64,000 bases of DNA from the human T2T-CHM13v2.0 reference genome, Homo sapiens, in assembly GCF_009914755.1 (NCBI RefSeq), contig NC_060929.1. One strand, 5' to 3'. The notes beneath the pieces were generated by a model. That model was given only the letters and a program-made list of their open reading frames with translations, was not told where the DNA came from and ran no database searches. Position numbers and translations under genes: made by a program. This document shows, in pieces, positions 57,432 to 64,000 of this stretch (position 1 is its first letter; the number at the start of each line of letters is the position of its first letter).

Positions 57432-57904
57432 TTTCTGAATTTTTCACGGGAAGGGGCGTAAGTTTCTTCTTGACTTTGTAAACCAATCTGAGTATTCTAT
57501 CATTGTCCCCTACCCCTATGCTAGGACGCAATCTGAGACGCACCTTCTCAGGACACACCAGCAACCCTCCAGCTTCAGCCTGATTCCCTCCTTTCTTATA
57601 CAGTGTCCCTCCCTTTCCAGCAAGTACTATGAGAGTAGGGGTTGGGGGATTCTGGTTCTGATAATGAAGTATCCTTAGCACTCTTCCAAATCACCTTATA
57701 TCTGGATCTTTCTGAAACTCAAAAGCCAAGAATTTGACTCATTTCCCATGGCTACCAAAAGAAGTTCTACTACAATGACCCCTTCCCAAACAGCAGACGC
57801 TGCAAGATCCCAAGTTGAATGGAAGAAGTTCCAAAAAGAAGTAAAAGAAAACACAAAGCTAATGTGTTTTCTATATTTTATCCCACAGGAAGAGAAAAAG
57901 AAAC

Positions 57905-58160
57905 ACAGTGTGGTGTGGTGACTAGGAATCTGTCTGCTTCTTGAATTTTAATTCAGGCTCCACCTCTAAATAGCTACATGGCCTTGAAAATACTACTTCA
58001 TCTCTTTGAGCCTCAGTTTTATCGCCTGTAACACTGAGATAATAGTGGTACAAACCTCCTACAGTTTTTGTGGAGATTAAATAAACTTTTTCATTAAAAA
58101 AAGCATTTAGCATAGAGCCTAGCAAATAGTAACTGCTCAATAAATGTTAACCCTTGTTAT
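57905..58160 (+). mobile_element. MIR, near full length
   Basis: cagtgtggtgtggtg..ggctccacc..tagct..tctctttgagcctcagtttt..gtggagattaaat..gcatttagcatagagcct..gctcaataaatgttaa. Confidence 0.85.
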
Positions 58161-58687
58161 TAAGAGAAACAGCCACCAGTGGACGATGGAAACTCATAAT
58201 TTTGAGGTTACATATCCCCAAAATACCTTAGAATTATGCCATTTATTCTCAGCCAGCGTTGTGATTGCCACAAGGTTTGCAAAGGACAATTGTCCTATAA
58301 TTCTGTTTTAAGCTAAAGAACCAAACCTTGCTTAGAATTCTCTTCACACAAAATGAAAGGAAGAGGATTTGCTGCTTTTTCAAAAAGGACTCTATGTGAT
58401 TTCACACTTTATGCATCCTGTGGTCTATGATAGGGGTAATGAAGCACATGGATTTTAGAAGGTGTTAACAATAGAGTAAAATATTTAGAAGCCTGCCAGC
58501 AGGGCCAATCATGCTACCTCCATGTGAACTAATGGATTGAAAGTGAGGGGTCAAGAATCACAAAAAGTCTAATTTTTCCCTCTTACCTTTTGATGATTTG
58601 TATGCCTGTGGCACCCGGGAAGACATCATATCTTATCACCTCCCATCATTTCCATTGTGTATCTGGAACCAGTCCCAGAAGCGGGTG

Positions 58688-58692
<5 letters not shown>

Positions 58693-58736
<44 letters not shown>
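58693..58736. repeat. (TG)22 microsatellite
   Basis: Perfect dinucleotide run. Confidence 0.97.
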
Positions 58737-58738
<2 letters not shown>

Positions 58739-58947
58739 TGTGTGTACATCTATCTGTGTATACAAAGGACGGGGGCAAGGAGAAAGAAATGGTTTTGAAA
58801 TGACTGAATAGGATATTACTTATAGAAGCATTCAACAGGATACTGACAGCTTTCCTTAGTTTCCATTGCAAGTGCAGCGAATCTTCCAGGTACAAAACAA
58901 AACAAAGTCAAATAAACAATTAGCATCTCCTTCACAATTGGACTCAC

Positions 58948-59316
58948 TTTTATGAACTATATGTTCATGTCCCCCCAATATTTATATGATGAAATCCTAA
59001 CCCTCAGTAAAATGGAATTAGGAGAAGGTATCCTTAGGAGGTGATTAGATCATGAGAGTGGGGCCCTCATGCATGGGATTAGCTCACTTATAAGAAGAGA
59101 CTAAAGAGCTTGCTACCTCCCTCTGCTCTAGCCCATGGAGGATACAGCAAGAAGACAGCTATCTGCAAGCCAGGAGAGGGCCCTCACCAGAAACCTTGTC
59201 TGCTGGTGCCTTGATCTCAGACCTCTCAGACTCCAGCATTGTGAGAAATAAATGTCTACTCGTTAAGCCACCCAGTCTGCGGTATTCAGTTATCACAGCT
59301 GGAACTGACTAAGCCA
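58948..59316 (+). mobile_element. MLT1A/MLT1A0-like MaLR solo LTR
   Basis: ggaggtgattagatcatgagagtggggccctcatg..gccctcaccagaa..gtgagaaataaat..gactaagcCA. TSD ctcac/cccac. Confidence 0.88.
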
Positions 59317-59373
59317 CCCACTGGGAAAAGTAAGACTGTTAAAGTGCACACAGGAGTGACACAGGCAAGGAGG

Positions 59374-59386
59374 TGCTGAGTCAGCA
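59374..59386. promoter_or_regulatory. Perfect T-MARE (MAF recognition element)
   Basis: TGCTGAGTCAGCA, palindromic to 15 bp (GTGCTGAGTCAGCAC). E-box CACGTG at 59407-59412. Confidence 0.6.
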
Positions 59387-59499
59387 CAAGCCCAACAACA
59401 GAATCACACGTGCAAATCTATTCTGTGATGGAAGGAATTTAGGAAAAATCATATTCTCAGTCTCTGCTTATTCTTCCCAACTTTGTACATCCGTATTTC

Positions 59500-59891
59500 T
59501 TGCCAGCTTGACCTCTTTCCCCATCTTTTTATGTGAACACCTCAATTTTGCCTTGGGGAACTACGGCTCCCCCAAGTCATGAAGCCATTAATGAACAAAC
59601 CACCTCCCCCCACCTTTAGCTAAGCACCCTCAGACGCTTTCATTTGCAGGAATTTAATCTTGAGCATGGTGGTACAAGGAAAGAAGTCAGCTGGCCCCAC
59701 TGGTTCCAGCAGTGATGCCATGGCACTGCTGCCCTAACCTCTGGAGCTCCCCTGGGCCTGATCTTTTCCAGTCTTTGATTTCCAGGTTTCTTGTTGGGCC
59801 TGTGCACTCTCCCACATTTTACCTGTAAATTTCCTCATTACTCGAATCAGCTAGAGTCCGTTCTGCTGCAACCAAAGAACCTTAGCTCACA
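59500..59891 (+). mobile_element. Ancient ERVL LTR (LTR33-like)
   Basis: 3' end taaatttcct..agctagagtc..ttctg..tgcaaccaaagaacctt..caCA typical of LTR33/LTR16 class. Confidence 0.5.
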
Positions 59892-61689
59892 AGCCACCTC
59901 ACCCTGCTTTCAGCCTAGACTCTACATAAAACTGTCTGAGATGATGGGATAGTCCTTTTGTGACTACTTTTTCCTGAGTTCAAGGCCTCAATTAGGAGCA
60001 GCATCACCAAGAAAAGTTCATTAAGCATCCACTTCAGAGGCCAGCCAGGCAGGGAAACTAGAGAGAAACAGGAAGTGAACCCCTAGGGTCATAAATACAT
60101 ATAAAAGAAAATATAACACAAATGCTAACTTTTGTTTAATAAATTTAAATTATGATATAATTTAAAATCAATGCTTAAAAGTAAAGTTTGTCACTTTCTG
60201 GTCTTTAAATTCTACCAAATATTTCATAATCTAACATTATGCTTCCTTAAAACAAAATCACTTGCAACTCTCTCCACATTGAAACAAATGAATAAAAAAT
60301 AATGGCAACAACAGAAAACACCACTTGTCCAGAGATTTGTGGTTCGCAGCAACTTGGCCAACCATCCTGAGCTGCGGAGCTGCCACAGTAGTTTTTTAAC
60401 TTGTACTTACTCATGTGAAGGAAAGACAGGTTCTGAAGGTCCCCTGACTCTGGTCTTCACTTCCTGGACAGATGTCCCTCTGTGCCTCCTTTTACACAGA
60501 CACACTTCTTTATTTCTTTCACATAACTTGACTGCCAGCAGCTGCCTTTCTATTGGCCCAAGAACACAGCAAGACAATCTTCATCCACCAAACCTCTGTG
60601 AGCAGCTCAGTGTGCTGTGAAATACCAGAGCAGCCTCTCCTTCAAACAGCAAGAGGCTTCCTCAACAATAAGTTTTTAATCATTCATTCCAGTCCCCTTT
60701 GAAGCTGTAAAAGTCACTATTATTTCCATAATAACAAAGATTACTAATTAACTTTTCTAGAAACTTCTTTTAAACCTTTTAAAGGGGCTATGCCTTTCTT
60801 CTGAACTTTAAACAACACTGAACCGAGCAAAAGTTGTTGCTTTTTTAAAGAGGGTTATTCAGTGGTTTTCTCACATTTCCCATGGTTACTGCCTTTGGTA
60901 ACTAATTCTGATATTTAATAACCCTCACCTTGATTTCCCCCTTCAACATCAAGGGCAGTGTGGGCCAGTATTTAACTTACTTTTTAAACAACAACAAACC
61001 CCAAACCATGCTGGGTAGAAAGAAGTGGGGAGCCACATCAACCTACTTCTTTACTGACTGATGTAAATGCTATCCATCTTAATGAACAGACCTCAGACAC
61101 TCATTCAGAATTATTCCCTAGTGCAAACAATCATTCTTACACCAATTTGAAATTCAGCAATCAAATTCCACAGTAAACACCTCCTGGGTGTTTGACACTA
61201 CTTTGGACATCCTGATACGTATAAAAAGAGCAGAAGGTAATTTTTGCTCGTAAACATTGCAGTGATCCCACCACATTTCAGGGATGACATTTATTTTCCC
61301 TATACAGACCACCTCTTTTTCTTTCTCTGAGCACAGAACCTCTTTGGATCACCAGCTTTGGCAGACTGCATTATCTTCCCATCCTTTGTAAAAGAAACAA
61401 GATATAGAAACGGCAAGGACAAAATAACAGTAATAATAATGGTGAATAATGAGCCATGGGAGAAATGAATCACAGTGCAGAACAGCTGACTCAAACCCAC
61501 TTGCTGTCTGGAGAGACCCGGAATCATAGTTCCCCAACCGTTTACTCTGATACTCACCTTTACCTATGAGGTCTTTTATTTCATCACTCCTTTTAACTGA
61601 CCTCTGTTACTCTCCACTTTTTGGATACAGAAAACCCTGTGGAGTTTCTGAGATGGGTGAACATCACAAAGAGGAGAGGAAGTCTACAG

Positions 61690-61855
61690 TCTTGGTACTC
61701 AAAGTGAGGTCCAGGGCCAGTAGCATCAGCATCACCTGAGGCCTGTCAGAAATGCAGAATGCCGGGCCCCATCTCAGACCTACCAAATCAGAATCTGCAT
61801 TCTAACAAGATGCACTGGGCCATGTTCTCCATACATTAAAGCTTGAAAAGTTCTG
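61690..61855. mobile_element. MER5A/B hAT-Charlie MITE
   Basis: ctcaaagtg..ccag..agcatcagcatcacctg..agaaatgcagaat..aatcagaatctgcatt..aacaagat. 8-bp TSD gtctacag/gtctatag. Confidence 0.88.
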
Positions 61856-62824
61856 GTCTATAGCATTTGATAATTTAAAAGAGCTTTCAAAGCTACCTGA
61901 GTTCCTAGTTGTAATTTTAAGACCAGTGAAAGGGGGAATTGATAATGCATGGACGTGTCTTGCCTGCAGTGCAGCACGAAGGTCTTCTGATTTGTGACTG
62001 AAATAAGAAGACATCTTATGAGATCTGTCTCTACTGATACAAATGGTCCGACAGTAAAGTTTTCACACCATATATGCATCCACTGAAAGAAAATAATTTA
62101 TGTGCTTATCAAATTTTAAATAGTTACACTTACTTTAATAACAAATACTCAATGTGAACATAAAGTATGCAACCGCATTAAGGAAAGAATAAGAAAAATA
62201 AAACCGGCCCCTATAAAATGACTCTGTCCCCCAGCTGTGATCAAAACAAAATCTTGAGCCAACGTGACATTCTTTTTCTCTTTTCCAAAATATTTCATTA
62301 AAGAGATTTAATTTTGTCTTTCAGGCAAACTGCCCTTGCTAAAGAATGGTTTTGTGATATGCTTGAATCCATATGGCTCATTCTCATTACGAAATGACTA
62401 TGAAAAATAAGGGAAAAGAACAAACAGATTTCTTCTACAGAACTTATTGGAGGTGACAAAATAGGTTAAAATGGGGCTATTATAAGTGTTGAACTTATAT
62501 TTCATGTCCTCCAAAAATCCAATGAAATTTGGACCTCTTTGGAAGGATACAGAACATTTTACAGAAAATGAGGACTCTGAGGAAATCAACTTCCATGGGT
62601 AGTTCAAGAGGAGTGAGAACCTATCTATAGCACTCGGGATTTAGGTGAAAAATGAGGAAAAGTTTCCTGGCAATTAAGATTATTAAATGCATAAATTAGC
62701 ATTATATGGTAAATTAAGATGACATAATGTTGATAGAGCTTGCTTCCTTGCAGTCATAGAGTTAACTTCTTGTTGGGGAGCTTGTTTTCACAATAGTAAT
62801 AATTGTTGTTGCTGTTGTTGTTAT

Positions 62825-63050
62825 ATCAGCAATGACAATTGAACAGGAACAGTGTAGCAGGCACTGTGCCTTGCCCTTTACCTGCATTCAGGGTGCTATT
62901 ATTATACTCATTTTACAGTTGGAAAGAACTGAGTCTCTGAGAGGTTAAGTGACTTACCCAAGGTCACAAAGGCAGGCTGTCATTGGACCAGGAATTTATA
63001 CACAGGCAGCTTCCCTCCAGAATCAGCACACTGAACTATGCCATGCTCTA
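62825..63050 (-). mobile_element. MIR
   Basis: caggcactgtgc..ctcattttacag..actgagtctctgagaggttaagtgacttacccaaggtcaca. Confidence 0.75.
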
Positions 63051-64000
63051 CTGCCTCCTGGTAGATGTACATCATGACAAACCAGACTGGGACCCCAACA
63101 TCGGTTTGCTGTGTCAAATAGACTTAAAGGGAGGCTATAGTAAATATTGGGAAAGGCATTAAAGTATATGAAGATAATATCCAGTTAGCCAGGTAGTTGA
63201 AACATCTAATTTGCTCCTTGTCTGCTCAATGTGTCATCAGTCACCAGGCACAGCCCACCAACCTGAGATCTGATGTAGGCTGCCTCGGGGCTTCCATATG
63301 CCATCCACATGGCCCCAGCCATAGCAACACCAGCAACAATTTCATTCTGGAGACATTCTGACCCTCACTTTCCTTTGCACTAACCAACTGTGATCTGTCA
63401 ACAGGTAGCATGACTAGAACAACAAACACATCCTCCCTTTCCCAATTACGCAGAAACCAGATCACAAAATTGTTCATCAGAAGGTATCATCAAAAGAGCC
63501 TGGAACTGAGCTGATGCTAGGATTACCGTAACATAAATGCAGTGGATTGAATGTTTCCAGTATCCACCTAGATAAAATAAGACAACATATGGAAGGTCTG
63601 GCCAGTGTGCAGTACCCCAGAGGTACTCAGCAAATGCTGGTTCTGTCCTTTGCCCCCTCCTTAATCACATAATCCTCACGTATTTTATTTTACTTTGGAA
63701 AGTGAAAAGGATTGGTCCCTTTAGAAAGCCAGGGTATATCCCATTGTGAAGGAAACATATTGGAACTGGGAATGACAGGACAACAATGGAGATATTTATA
63801 AAGCGTCTTCACTTTATAAAAGGCAGCTCAATTCCACAAGAGAAACAGAAGGTGAGTACACAGTAATACTTAACACAAGATTACAGAAAAGATCTGAGAG
63901 CTAGCACAGAAATTTGATACCTATTATGAAACTGCCTTTTGCTGGAAGACACATTAACCACTGGAAGACACTGAATGCCTGGGCTTGACCAGACTATAAC

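Noticed and set aside
58171-58190. CTCF-like GCCACCAGTGGACG
   Set aside because: Mismatches in the key GGGGGC core; too weak without ChIP data.

Overview
This is primate genomic DNA, almost certainly human: it carries an AluYb-lineage element with the diagnostic 7-bp duplication and an AluYi6-like element. It is AT-rich, repeat-dense and intronic or intergenic. I find no supportable protein-coding gene, RNA gene or CRISPR array. The supplied ORFs are chance ORFs or translations of Alu, L1 and LTR remnants. Most recognisable structure is transposable-element history: 13 Alu/FLAM/FRAM copies (all with readable TSDs), several L1s, MaLR/ERVL LTRs, Tigger and hAT DNA transposons, and MIR/L2/L3 relics. 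Highlights: (i) a 5.9-kb four-level nested insertion (Tigger13a > old L1P > MSTB > AluY, plus L1MA3-like > AluS); (ii) a twin-primed L1PA with a ~1.5-kb gap at the inversion; (iii) two very young Alus; (iv) a 75-bp patchwork templated insertion; (v) a 27-nt candidate microexon flanked by two TGCATG motifs, plus other + strand exon candidates; (vi) three MARE/ARE sites, one a perfect T-MARE; (vii) a ~1.2-kb CpG-retaining unique segment. I found no convincing previously undescribed biological system. Subfamily names come from my recall of consensus sequences and need RepeatMasker/Dfam confirmation. Boundaries of ancient repeats are approximate.
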